A DNA stretch of 64,000 nt from Fonticula alba ATCC 38817 (Eukaryota; Protista; Nucleariida), in NCBI GenBank assembly GCA_000388065.2, contig KB932207.1; one strand, written 5' to 3'. A program made the position numbers and the translations under genes. The first letter of the stretch is position 1, and each line of letters begins with the position of its first letter. The notes beneath the pieces were generated by a model. It was not told the origin of the DNA. It searched no databases and saw only the letters and a list, made by a program, of their open reading frames with translations. Below are positions 1 to 12,500 of this stretch, in pieces.

Positions 1-193
1 GGGGGAGGGGAGCACGGAGCGAAGCAGGGGAGAGCGATGTACAATAATGGAGCCAGAGGACATGGTGCACAAGAGTCAGGTGGGCAGAGAAAGAGAGAGA
101 GAGGAAGAGATACACAGGGAGAGAGGGAGAGAGGGAGACATAAAGCGGGCCACATGGGGGATGCAGATGGTCGCGACAGGAGGTGGAACATAC

Positions 194-3100
194 CGTCTCC
201 AGCTCGGCACGGCGTTTCCGCGCGGCATCCGCCTCGTGAGCCTGGCTCTGGCTGGCGTGTGTGGCCGAGATGACCTTCTGCCCAGCAGCATCGAGCTCCG
301 TATGCAGGGCACGGATTTGCTCTGTGCAGGTGTGTGCCGTGTTTGGCATTTGCAGCAAAGAGGAAAGGGATCGGCATGGTCGTCAGGATATCGCCCGGGG
401 CAATTGGACAACCACCAAAAAGTTGGACANNNNNNNNNNNNNNNNNNNNNNNNNNNNNNNNNNNNNNNNNNNNNNNNNNNNNNNNNNNNNNNNNNNNNNN
501 NNNNNNNNNNNNNNNNNNNNNNNNNNNNNNNNNNNNNNNCCCCCCCCCCGCGGGAAAGGGCACGTACGCTGCAGTGTGAGGGCGGTGTGATCGACGAAGT
601 CACGCAGATGGGCCTGGGCCTTGGCAGCCTCGTTGGCCGCGTTCGCGCTGTCCTCCTCCAGCCGGCGGCGGATGAGGAGCTCCTGCTGGGCGGCGGCCTC
701 CAGGCGATCAGCCACAGCGCGAGAGGCGGTGGCCTCGGCCCGGGACGCAGCCAGCTCGGCCTCGGTGGCGGCCAGCTTCCGCCGGACCTCAGCCAGCTCT
801 GTCGTCTGGGTGGACTCCTGCTGGCGAACTTGGCGGTTGTCATGCTCCGCCTGGCTCAGGGCCAGAGAGCTATCCCGGGCGGCGGCCTCAGCGGTGGTCC
901 GCTCGAAGTGGACATCCGCCTGCAGGCGGGTGATGGTCTCCTGGCTGGTGGCCAGCTCCCCCTGCAGCGAGGCAACCTGGGCGCTGAGGGACTCGACGGC
1001 CGCACTGGCGTGCGCAAGCTCGGTGGCCAGGCGCGTCTCCTTGGAGGTGGCCTCCTGCTGGAAGCCGGCGAACTCCTTCTTCAGATGCTCGAGCTGCTGG
1101 TCGAGGGACATGCGCAGAGCACGCTCACTCTCAAGTGAGAGTTGGCTGTGGCGGGGAGAGAGGGAGAGGGGAGGAGGGTGAGTGGGTGCAGGGGGGCGTG
1201 GTCGAAAGGCAATTCATAGATCATATCACGCACAGAGACTTGAAGTCTTGCTCCTGAACACGAGCCTGGAACTCGGTAGACTCAATCAGCTGGCGGCCCC
1301 GGAGTGGGGCAAGGGGACAGACGCATGAGGAGGCCAAGTGCCGAGGAAAAATCACAGGAAGTCAGCACCAGCACCAGCGCAAGCGGGGCGGGGCGGGGCG
1401 GGGGAGGGGNNNNNNNNNNNNNNNNNNNNNNNNNNNNNNNNNNNNNNNNNNNNNNNNNNNNNNNNNNNNNNNNNNNNNNNNNNNNNNNNNNNNNNNNNNN
1501 NNNNNNNNNNNNNNNNNNNNNNNNNNNNNNNNNNNNNNNNNNNNNNNNNNNNNNNNNNNNNNNNNNNNNNNNNNNNNNNNNNNNNNNNNNNNNNNNNNNN
1601 NNNNNNNNNNNNNNNNNNNNNNNNNNNNNNNNNNNNNNNNNNNNNNNNNNNNNNNNNNNNNNNNNNNNNNNNNNNNNNNNNNNNNNNNNNNNNNNNNNNN
1701 NNNNNNNNNNNNNNNNNNNNNNGGGGGGGGGGGGCGGAGGAGAATGTCCACAGCGGCATACGCACCTTCCCAGACTCCTGGAGATCCTGCTTCAGAGTGG
1801 CCGACGTCTGGGAGTGCAGCTCCAGCGCAGCACGCAGCTCCTTCAGCTGGGTCTCCGCCACGGCCAGCGAGTTCTCCACAATCTTCCTGTAAGAGGGGCA
1901 TGTAGAAGGCGTACGAACACACAAAGGGGGGGGGGGGGAGCGAGGAGGGGGCAGTCAGCGGCTGAGAGCGAGCGAGGCAGAAAAAGGTTTATGCGGTCCT
2001 TCCTCCCACGTCCTGCTCCTTTTCAGCAGAGCACGCGGCGCGCTGGATCACGCACCGCTGGTTGGTCTCGCGCTGGAGGCTCATCTGGAAGTTCTGCTCC
2101 GAGGCGGTCAACGTGGCCATGCTCTCGGCCAGGCTGACCTGGGTATCGGCAGCGCGCTTGCTGCTCTGTGCGGCCTCCTCGCGGGCACGCTGGAGGTCTA
2201 GCTCGGAGCGCTGGAGGGCCGACGTCGTTGCCGTCAACCGGGCACGGAGCTGGTCCGTGAGGGTGGTCTCTATATGAATATATATATATATATGTATGTA
2301 TGTGTGTATGTGCCGGGGGGTGTTCGGCAGAGAGGAGGGAAGAGCCAGGAGGGAGGGGTCAGAGTTGGCCAGAGATCCGGGACTCAGCGAAATGTCCGTG
2401 TCAGGCGTGGACGCACCCTTGGCCAGGTTAAAGCGCAGAGCTGTGAGCTCCGACTCCAGAGCAGCGTATGCCCGATTGCGGACAATGCCACCGGTGCCCT
2501 GGGACGAGGAGAGCCCCACATCTGGCTTCTTCTCGAGATCCGCCAGGGACAGCGGTCCATCGGACAAGTGGCCATCCTGCGACCGGGAAAGAGAGGCCGA
2601 GCCAGAAGCCGAGCTGGGGGCCGAGGACCCGCTACGCGAAAGCTCGGACCCGCTGTGGGACAGCTCGGACCCGCTGCGCGAAAGTGGCCCCTCCAGGGGA
2701 GTCGTCGAGTTGGGCGTCACATCCGGCAGGGAGAGCCGGCGCTCGGCCGGCCGGCCAGAAAAGCCAGTGGTGAACCCCTGGAAGGAGCGCCCGGTCTCAA
2801 CATCCGAGTTGGCGAGCAGGGCCCCGCTGACGCCAGCCGAGGAGCCCCCACCGCTGGAGGTGGAGAGCGGGGCAGCTGGCCGCGAAAGAGGCGGGCGCTG
2901 CTTGGCCGCATCGGTGGCGGGCGGCTGCTCGGAGGTGGAGCGCGACCCGAAGGAGGTAAAGCTGGTGCTGAAGCTGCTCCGAGAGACATGGGGCTTGGTG
3001 GCTGGCTCGGCAGCGGGCCTGAGGAAATGGTGAGCAAGCAAGGAGGCGGCAATGGGAGCGGGGGGGGGGGGGGGGAAAAAGGCGGGGCATGGAAGCCAGG

Positions 3101-3610
3101 GCGTACTCAGCAACGACCGGGGCCGGGCGCTTGGCCGGGGGCTCTTCGAGTGCAGGGCTTGGCTCGGCCGCGAGCTCGGAGAAAGACCGGCGCAAGCTGG
3201 CCGAGTCGCGTCCGGAGTCGGAAAACCCGGAAGAAAAGCCCCCGAGGAAGCCGCCGGCCGAGCGAGAAAAGGAGGAGGACACGGTCTTGGCGATGGGCTT
3301 CGATGGGAGGGCCGGCTCATCCATGACCGCAGCGGCGGGAGTGTTGCCGGAGGTGGCGGTGTCGACCGGGGGGCCGGAGGTGAGGATGTCCTTCATGGAG
3401 TCCCTCGGGCGGACGATCGTCGCGGGCTGCTCCGAAGCCGAGGAGGCCTCTATCGAGGTTGTCGTTGAATCCATCAAGAGAGGTCAGAGGGTGGGCATCC
3501 ATGCAGGCGGATGTTGGAGGTGTCCACAAGTGTGTGTGTGTGTGTGTGTGGGGGGGGGGGGGGGAGGGCGCACCTGCAGAGGAGCGAGAGAAGTCACCGA
3601 AACCGTTCAT
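194..3610 (-). CDS. Long coiled-coil protein with Ser/Pro-rich N-terminal half, multi-exon, 3' end beyond window start; function unknown
   Basis: ATG at 3610 (MNGFGDFSRSSA|gtgcgc). GT-AG exons join ORFs 2797..3477, 1989..3320, 1352..1924 and 383..1111, plus small exons ~1243-1290 and ~194-325. Heptad-rich helices (SLDQQLEHLKKEFAGFQQEATSKETRLATELAHA...). Two N-gaps fall in introns. Confidence 0.7.
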
Positions 3611-4122
3611 GGCTCCGGGATCTGCGTGGTGCAGAGGGGAGTGGGGCAGCGAGCAGCGGGAGGGGGAAAGGAGGGAGGAAACAAGCAGATGGGGCGGCGT
3701 GGGGAAAAGTGTGGGGGTGGGGGGAAGACGGATTCGCATTGTCCCAGGCTTAGATCTCGCCCCGGGACAGGGCGCACCCCCTTTGGGCGAGGACAGTCCA
3801 GAGCGGGGTGGGGTGGGGGCACACCCCCGGAGAGCCTACCAGCCTCCAGCCCGGGACAGATCCGCCTGCCTCCCCTTCCCCCCCCCCCCCTCTTTCTCTC
3901 CCCCTCCGCCCCGCTCGAGACCACCCCGCCTTGAACGATGGTTGGCGCGATCGGGAGTGAGAGGGACCGGAGGAGGAGGGGGGGGGGGAGATAGCGTCCG
4001 CCGAATAACGGGGAGCATTCTTCCCGCGAAAGGGGGGCCGAATGCCGGGGCGGGGGGACCTTGTCCCCGGGGCCAGGCGCAATAATTCAAATTATAACGA
4101 CGTTAGAACAGCGTTGTCGCGG

Positions 4123-4174
4123 CACGTGTCCATCGGCGCTCCACCATCCAGACCAGCTGATCTAACACGTGTCC
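4123..4174. promoter_or_regulatory. Two identical CACGTGTCC (E-box core) sites in the divergent intergenic region
   Basis: CACGTGTCC at 4123-4131 and 4166-4174, next to an AT-rich patch (4081-4097), between head-to-head genes. Confidence 0.25.
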
Positions 4175-4508
4175 CTCAATCGCGTAGATCTTGAGGTGGC
4201 TGGGGAAGATGAGAAGGGCTGGGGACCGGTCTCGGTGGTGAAGACGGGGGGGGGGGGGGCGTTCGGCTCCAATGGATGGGCCTTCAAGCGTCGGCACACT
4301 TCGGGCGATCGATCACCCTCCGTCAGTAGAACAAAATCCACCTTCTCTCATCCTGCATGCCCCTCCCCCTCGTTGTCTCCCCCCCTCGCCCCTCGCCCCT
4401 CCTTCCCCGCACCACACTGGCAAGCCAATTGAAGGAGCTCATCATTCTCTCTTCGCCGACTCTTTGACGGTTTCCCCCTCGCTGTTCTCCTCTTCCGCCA
4501 CAGTCATC

Positions 4509-4685
4509 ATGAGCCGCCACGCTAAGATGACTTTCTATGCCACCTGTGCGGTGACAGGCCTGATCGTTGGCCTGGTACACTGGGATCAGAAGAAGACCCA
4601 TGAGGTATGGCTTTCGTTGCTTCTTTTTTTATCCGCTGTCCGTGGCACTCGCTTGTTACTTCCTCGAGGGCACACACACACTCTA

Positions 4686-4731
<46 letters not shown>

Positions 4732-4742
4732 GTATGCATGCC

Positions 4743-4779
<37 letters not shown>

Positions 4780-5111
4780 CTCCTCCCTAGCGAATGATCC
4801 AGCCGGTGATCGATCTCCACCGGGCCCAGGGTACCGCGGTCGGCGACGCATATCATGACCCGGAGGCCGCGGCCCGCCGCCAGAAGAATGTTGCCGAGCT
4901 GGAGGCCCAGCGCGAGCTGGAGTCTTTCCTGCGCCAGCGCGAGCAGCAAGGGACTCAGCCGGGAGGCGCGTCGGCCGCACTGGCAGCTGAGGAAGCCGCG
5001 CTGGCGGCTCGGGCGGCCGTTGCATCAACTGTGCCGCTGCCCTCGTCACCTTCTCCTCCCGCTGAGCCCCCTGCCGCCTCCTCCTCCTCCCCCCCTTCGG
5101 CGACGGCCTAA
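4509..5111 (+). CDS. PET117: Cytochrome c oxidase assembly factor PET117 homolog (2 exons: 4509-4604, 4791-5111)
   Basis: MSRHAKMTFYATCAVTGLIVGLVHWDQKKTHE-RMIQPVIDL...RRQKNVAELEAQRELE resembles the Pet117 pattern (MSRASK.TF...GVH.VQ..ERE.LH.G...D...E.Q.EL). Phase-0 intron gtatgg..ctag. Confidence 0.8.
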
Positions 5112-6439
5112 TACGAACATGCCAAGCAGCCTGGGCTCATCGGATATAGCAGATGGAACTGGACATCTCTTCCACCAAGGAATATATTAGACACATTGGA
5201 AAGAGGGGGATTTCACCCGAGCAAGGTGGCTGAGGGGCTACACAGGGCCGAGCATGTGCGCGTGCGTGTGTGTGTGTGCATGCTTGAGGGAAAGACATGG
5301 AAATAGGGCCTATGTGTGAAAGTGTGTGCGAGCAAGGCCAGCGTCCGGGGCGCCTACCGCTGCCGGCAGGCGTGCCGTGTCGCCCCCTCCTGCCGGCGGG
5401 AAACGCTGAGTCACAAGCGCGGAAAAAAATAAAATAAAATAGATCGCTCACACCTGTTCCGGGCTCCCACGCCAGGGGGCTCTTTCGCCTTCCAACGAGT
5501 CCGCTGGCAGCACGCTCCCGGGTTGGCTTGCTGCCGCGTGACGGCTCGTAGCCCGGGCCCGGGGCGCCCGGTCCGATGGCAGGCCCTAGCATGAGGGGCC
5601 CCGAGCCTCGCTCGCCGGGCCCCGGCCCGCCCGCGGTCCTTCTCTCTCTCCCTCTCTCCCTGCCTCTTCCTCTTTCTCTCTCATGGCCGGGGGGTTCTGT
5701 TGTGGTGGCGACTTGAGCGCCGATTCCGGCGCACGTTGGGGAAACATGTGAGCTGTCTCAGACTGGATGCCGGGGGGGGGGGGGGGGCACCCCCGGCCTC
5801 GGGGCGGGGAGGTGTCCTCTGCTTTGAAGGCGGGCGCTTTGCGACTGCATGTCCGTTGCCTGTGGGGCCTCTTTTGCCCTGCATCCGGGAGAAGCAGGCC
5901 AACGGAAGGGAGGGGGGGGGGGGGGGGGGGCGGTGATGCCATATCTGGGCTCTGGTCCGCTATCCCCTCCTTGCAGTCGGCCCTGAAGCATGCCGAGGGC
6001 GTCGCGCTAGATAGCACGCGGGGAAGGGGGCACGTTCTACAGGCCCACGCCCCCGGTCGGAACCCACGGGGCCGGGTGGGCCCGCAACCTGCAGGAGTCC
6101 CAAAAAAACATCCGTCCCCGGCGCGGGAGACGGCCAGAGGCCCCACACTATCTTCTCATTCGGGGGGGGGGGGGGCGTTCAAGGGACTTGGGCACGGGCC
6201 GTTGGGAGGGCGCTTCGGTGGCTCTTTTTCCCCTCCCCTCCCCACGGTGCCGGAGAGACAGGGCCACGGCGAGCTACCAACTGGGTGGAGGGGGGAACCA
6301 GGCCCGAGGCTGGGGGGCCCACGGGGGGTGGACGGATGGGTGGTGGTGGCGGCGGCGGCGGCGGCGGGGGGGGGGGGGCGGTCGCTTACAAATCCCCACC
6401 CCGGTCCTGGCGAGACACTGTGGGGCACGTACCGATATG

Positions 6440-6447
6440 TATATATA
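6440..6447 (+). promoter_or_regulatory. Candidate TATA element of thioredoxin
   Basis: TATATATA about 100 nt upstream of ATG 6547 in otherwise very GC-rich DNA. Confidence 0.3.
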
Positions 6448-6546
6448 TGGGACCTGGATAGAACGCTCGGCGTCCGCCTGCCTGCACCCCTCCAAGGTTG
6501 TCTCTTCTTTTGTGTCATCCTTTGATCCCCCTCCCTCCTTACCACC

Positions 6547-7169
6547 ATGCTCGCTTCTTTCAACAGCATCGCTGAGCTCGAGGCCCTCCTCGCCAAGCCC
6601 AACCTCGTGCGTGCCTCCAACTTCCTCCCCCCCTCCCCTCTCTCTCTCTCTCTCTCTCTCTCCGACGCACCGACATGGCGTGTGCCAGATTTACTGCCTC
6701 CCGACTTGCTACCTGTCGCTGACCTCTGCCCCCCTCCCCCTTCCTCGCTGCGCGCCCGCGCTCCTCATGCACACACAGACTGTCGTCGACTTCACCGCCA
6801 CCTGGTGCGGTCCCTGCCGCATGATCGGCCCCATCTTCGAGCGCTTCTCCGGCCAGTACACCGATGTCACCTTCGTCAAGCTCGACATCGACGATCCCGC
6901 CTACACCGTGCGCCCCCCCCCCCCGGCATTTCCGCCTGGCTCTCCCTCCCCGGGCTCCTCCCATCAACGCCGCTTCTCCTTGCTGACTCCCCCCCCCCGC
7001 TCCCCCATGCTCCCCGCCCCTCCCCATATGTGCCCCTCAGTCCTTCGTCCAGAAGCACAACGTCACCTCCCTGCCGACCTTCATCTTCTTCAAGAACGGC
7101 CAGGCTGTGGCTCGCTTCAGCGGTGCCGACGCCGGCACCCTCAAGCGCCACATTGAGGCCAACATGTAA
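6547..7169 (+). CDS. TRX: Thioredoxin (3 exons: 6547-6606, 6779-6907, 7041-7169; 105 aa)
   Basis: VVDFTATWCGPCRMIGPIFERFSGQYTDVTFVKLDID and NVTSLPTFIFFKNGQAVARFSGAD; canonical WCGPC; exons join in frame. Confidence 0.95.
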
Positions 7170-7745
7170 TTTGGCTCGCTCTCTTCTTCGCGCCGGGGGG
7201 TCCGGGCGGTGCAAATGCGCGCACGCGTGTGTGGCCCGAGTGACGGAGAGGTGGTCTTCTCCTCTCTACAATCCCGCCTCCAGCGCGCCCTTTCTTGCCC
7301 CCTCTGTAATACAAAATGCCCTGATAATGTGTGCCACTTTCTTCCCTTCTCCCATCCTGCGGGGGGGTCATCGGACGATGCCTCGTCCCGCTGTCGAGGT
7401 TTTGCTGCCGCCGTCGGGCGATCATGTTCCGCCGGCCGCGTATGGCACACACATCCCGACGCAAGTGTTTTGTCAGCCCGGGGAGGGGGGGGGGGGTCCT
7501 TGCGAACAACAGAAGACAAAGGGGAAGAAGAAGAAGGAGAAAAGTCTAGTGTATATTTCCATGGTCACAGCCATGTACGGGCACGATGTGTGCATATGCG
7601 TGAGAAGACAAAGAAGGAGGGGGGAGGGGGAGGGAGAGACAGACAGCGCGGCACTCTTCGCGCTGGGGGTGCTCGCCAGCCTTCGTCCTGGTCCAACGCC
7701 TCGGGTGCATATGCATATTGGCTCCTTTGTGGGTACTCCCGCCCG

Positions 7746-9537
7746 TCATGGGGACGGGGGAAGGGACTCCCGGTGGGCTGATAGACGCCCGGACAGCTCG
7801 CGCATCAGATTCGAGGGAACTCCGCCTGCCGTCGGGCCTGGACGCGGAGAGGCCCACCCGCCGGTGGTTGGTGGCGGGGGCGATCCCGATGGCGTGCCAC
7901 TCATCATCGCCGGGGCCGGGCTCCCCGATCCGGAGGACGGCTGTGAGGAAGATGCGCCGCTGGCTCCGCTGCCGCCAGCGGCGTCAGCCGACAGGGAGTA
8001 CGACGAGCTGGACGACCGGATGCCGAGGGATATCGAGGGGAAGGACAGCCGTAGACGGTGCTTGGGCCGGGGCTCATCGTCCGGGTGGCCGCCCATCGTG
8101 TCCACCGGGCTCGGGGTGGTGGCATTGTCATGAGAGGCAGCCCCAGCAGACACATGGCCCGGGGTCAGGGATCCCGGGGGAGGAGGATGGCCGGCCAGCT
8201 GGCTGGCTGCCGCCCCAGTCTCGGGCCGGGGCTGCGTTGTTGCTGCGGCTGCGGCCGCACCGCCGGGCATTGCATACGGCTTCGGGGGCAGAGGCAATTG
8301 GCTGGCAGAGATCGCCGGGCTGAGCCTTGGCGGGGCCGAGGGCGGCGCGGCACCATAGCCCGACGACGTGGCCGAGTACACTCCGGGCGGCGGGGCCGAG
8401 AAGGGCACCGCCGTCCCCGAGGACATGCCACTCCCGGCGGCCGGACCGCCGGTGGCCAACGAGGCCAGCGGTGGTGGTGGCGGCGGCAGCGACGTCAGAC
8501 GGCCACCGGCGTTGGGCATCGGTGAGGGGATGGCCGGGCGAGGTGACGGCGAGGCCGGTGGCTGCCGAGGCGGTGTGGTGGTGGGCCCCTGCATGGAGCT
8601 GGCGGCCGAGGCATTCGGCCGCAGCGAGAAGGACTTGCGCCGGAGCAAAGGTGAGGACTTCGAGGAAATTGGCGTTGCCAAGGGTGATCCAGGAAGATCC
8701 TCTGTGATGGGCGAATTTGTCCAAGGAGGGGGGGGGGGAGGAAGAGGGGGAACCATGACCAATCCGGGAGCGGAGGGAGGGGGCATATGTTAGAACCGCA
8801 TCACCCACACGAAAGGCGATGGAGGAAAGAGGAAGACACAAGGGCTGGGAGACAGGGCGTGAAGCAAAAGGATCAGGAGGACGCACGGGTGTCGACCTCG
8901 CGTTGGCTGGCGGACCGGCGCTGGCCATCACCGGTCGGCGTGTCGGCATTCGGCAGGGGAGAGGGCAGCGGCGAGGTGGGAGTTGAGTTGAGCTGCAAGC
9001 CAGTCTGGCGCTCGGAGGAGAGACTGCGCTCAAGCTCGGAACGCGTCACTCGGCAATAGCGGTTGAGGGCCGTCAGCTCGAGGTATGTCTCCACGATGTT
9101 GACATCCTGTGGGAAGGCACAAGAGGAAGTATGTGTGTCAGAGACGGGGAGATCTCCGCGGGGCCGGGAGGGGGGGGGGGGNNNNNNNNNNNNNNNNNNN
9201 NNNNNNNNNNNNNNNNNNNNNNNNNNNNNNNNNNNNGGGGGGGAGAGAGGGATGGGCAAGAAGAAGAAGAGGAAGAAGAAGAGGAGGAAGAAGAAGAAGG
9301 GGGCAGCTCCATCGACGCACATTCTGGTGGGCCGGGTTCGACTCGATCGAGTGCTTAAACTGGTTGAAGACGTAGCAAATGGAGGAAAGCTCGCGGTTCG
9401 GGTCGTAAGCAGTGATGATGTTGGAGTACGACTGGATTTGGGTGTAGAACTCCGGCGAGCCGGCAGTCAAGGTCTCGCTCTTGGGCTGGTGCAGGAAACC
9501 ATCGGAGACAGACTGCAAAAGAGGGCGTGGCAATCAT

Positions 9538-9576
<39 letters not shown>

Positions 9577-12500
9577 AGGGGGGACAAAATGAAGGAGCAA
9601 TAATCTGTCAGCGGGTGGCGCCTCTCCCAGGGGGCAAGTTGCATATCACCCGCGAGCTGTCCTGCGCGCCCCGGGCCACGAAGAAGTGAATGGCGAAAAC
9701 GCACCGAGATCCGGACCAGGAAGGAGCGCATCACATCGTGGCTCTCGTTGATGAAGGAGGCCACCTCTGGCACCGAGGAGAGATCCTTGAGGGACTTGTC
9801 CGGGACCAGGTTGGCCACATTCTGCACAACCTTGGCAATGAGCATGAGCGCCCGAGTGGCACGGTCGTCAGGCTGCTCGGTCACAAGGCCAAAGCTGCGC
9901 GGTGACAGCAGGGCCGGACAAAGGAGACGCAGGAAGACGAAGCCCCTGGAAGGATGGAAAGTGCCAGGACGAGGATGCGAACAGTGCAAAGGCCCCGAGA
10001 GGCAGGGCAAGCAGGAGCGAGGTGAGGGATAGTGATGAGTATGTGTGGGAAAGAGAGGGAAAGAAAGAAAAGGGCTGTTTGGCAGGGGGACGCGCGTACC
10101 CAACGCAGGTGTAGTGAGCCTTCGCATCGTTCGGGAAACGAGACATGACCGAGCTGCGGATGCGCGACAGGATGTACGATAGGTCGGCCGGGAACTGGTC
10201 CAAGTTGGTGGATGCCAAGTCAAGAAGGTTTTTGCAGGCGGTCACCAGGCGTCGGGCATTCTTGCGGAGCTCCTCGATGTCATCGACACGCGAGTTGTCC
10301 ACCTGGGCGAAGGAAAGGGGCGGTAACGTGTCAGAATGGAAACAGGAAAGAGCCCCAAAAGCCCTGGGGAGGATCCGGGCGTGTGGATCCTTGTAAATAT
10401 GTGTGCGGGAGGGAGAGAGGAGGGGGGTGTACGTGAACGCACCTCGTAGCTGAGTCGGGTGGATTGGATCGACCGAATCACCGGGCCAAGAACCGAAGCC
10501 ACGTATCCGGTTGACAGAAGACGCAGATACTGCTCGGTCATCTTGGAGGCGATGGTATTGCTGCGGAAGAGGGTGGAGGTGTTTTCTGCACATCCGTGTG
10601 TGTGTGTGTGTGTGTGTGTGCGTGTGTGTGTATGCGTGCGCATCCGGAGGAGCAGGTCAGTGCCGACTCGAGAACAGGGAACGAGAGAAAAAGGGACGGA
10701 TAGGCGGAGGGAGGAAACAGGGACAAAAGGGAAAGCTGATTGGCGCACCCGACGTGGCGATCTCATAATCGTTAATGTACTGGATTCGCTCGTTGGCCAC
10801 GCCGCGCACGGTCCAGTGGCGGACAATCAGCCGAGTAAACCGGTCGCGATCAATTCCATTCTCCTCCAGCAGGGCACGGATCGGGAAGTAGGAGGAGGGA
10901 CTGGCGATGGCGCGATCAAACTTGAAGGACATGTTCACGGGCATGACGATCTCCGGCTGGGAAAATGGGGTCAATTCTCGGTCAGTCTCTGATCATTGGA
11001 GAGGGGGAGAGAGGGGGAGAGAGAGGGAGAGAGAGGGAGGGACAGAGAGGGAGAGAGAGGGAGAGAGAGGGAGAGAGGGGGAGAGAGAGGGAGAGAGAGA
11101 GAGGGAGAGAGGGGGAGAGAGAGGGAGGGAGGGAGAGCGCGGCACTCGGGGCACAAGATATGCCCCAGCAGGAAGCGTGCGTCTGTGTGATGTGGATGGA
11201 CGGCTTTTTGCGTGGGGGTTGTTTTCTTCGAAATCGAAAGGGACCAAGCCATCCCATGTGTACCTGAAGCTCGAAGCGCAGCCGGACAGCAAAGCCGGCA
11301 GTCTGACCACCCTGGAGCTCGGCCAGGGAATTCACCGCAGAACCGATGAGACCGGACTGGATGCCATGCTCCGGGCTGCCGGTCAGCGGGAACCAGAACT
11401 CCGCCGGGTCAATCTGGGAGGTTGGCACGCCATCAGCGTTCTCCTGGACGCCAGAAACCGCCATGATCACGGCCCGCGGGATGATGACCTGACCAATGCA
11501 CACATCCTGCGCGCGGCTGGTCAGACTCGACAGACTTGTCAAGCCGGAAGCGAACACGCGCACTGTGACTGAGCGGAAGTGGGGAATATCCCTGGTTTGA
11601 ACGGGGAGGAGGGAGGGGGGAATGGTAGGAGTGTGAGAGAGACAATCCATGAGAAGCCATGAAAGAGAGAGAGAGAGAGAGAGAAAGAAAGAAAGAAAGA
11701 AGGGCCAATACACAGGGTAAAGGGGTGAAATGCGAGAGGCAGAGAGGACCACGACGCTCTTCCGATCTAAAGAAAGAAAGAAGGGCCAATACACAGGGTA
11801 AAGGGGTGAAATGCGAGAGGCAGAGAGGACTGGCAAAGAGAGAAAAAGGGACGCACTCCAAGGAGAAGGCCTCATTCCAAAGGGGGCGCCCGCTTTCCGC
11901 CCCAGGAGAATACCCACTGACCGACTGGGTGATGGCCTCGGGGAGGGTGGAGTCATCGAAGCTAAGGACGCAGTGGTAGTTGAGGTTCGACGACCGGAGC
12001 AGCGAGGAGGACAAATCCGAAGCGATGGGCAGTCCACGAGCCTCGGTCAACCGAACCAACAGGAGATCGGAAGAGCACACGTTCATTCCAAAGGGGGCGC
12101 CCGCTTTCCGCCCCAGGAGAATACCCACTGACCGACTGGGTGATGGCCTCGGGGAGGGTGGAGTCATCGAAGCTAAGGACGCAGTGGTAGTTGAGGTTCG
12201 ACGACCGGAGCAGCGAGGAGGACAAATCCGAAGCGATGGGCAGTCCACGAGCCTCGGTCAACCGAACCAACAGGCGATCACACAGCCGAGGGAAAAGGTG
12301 GAAGTCTATGGAGCAGTGCGGCGGCGATATGGATGTGTGTGTGTGGGGGGGGGGTGCAAAAAGAGGTTAGCCGCCTGTCGGTGGGATTGCACAGCATCCG
12401 GAGTCCGGAGGATGCTGAGTGGAGGGCCGCAGCAGAAGGAGTCCCATTGTACGCACTGACAGAGTCGATGTTCTTGGCCACCGACTTGAGACAGTGGATC

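Noticed and set aside
2270-2416. In-frame stop-free introns (also 36635-36781 and 56560-56682) as regulated retention events
   Set aside because: One third of introns are 3n and stops are rare at this GC content, so this is expected by chance
4103-4297. Small minus-strand ORF (…HLKIYAIEGHVLDQLVWMVERRW…)
   Set aside because: GTG start only, no splice partner found, no family recognised
11872-12274. Apparent 192-bp tandem duplication of a C2-domain exon (possible exon duplication or alternative exon)
   Set aside because: Bounded by Illumina adapter sequences, so an assembly artefact
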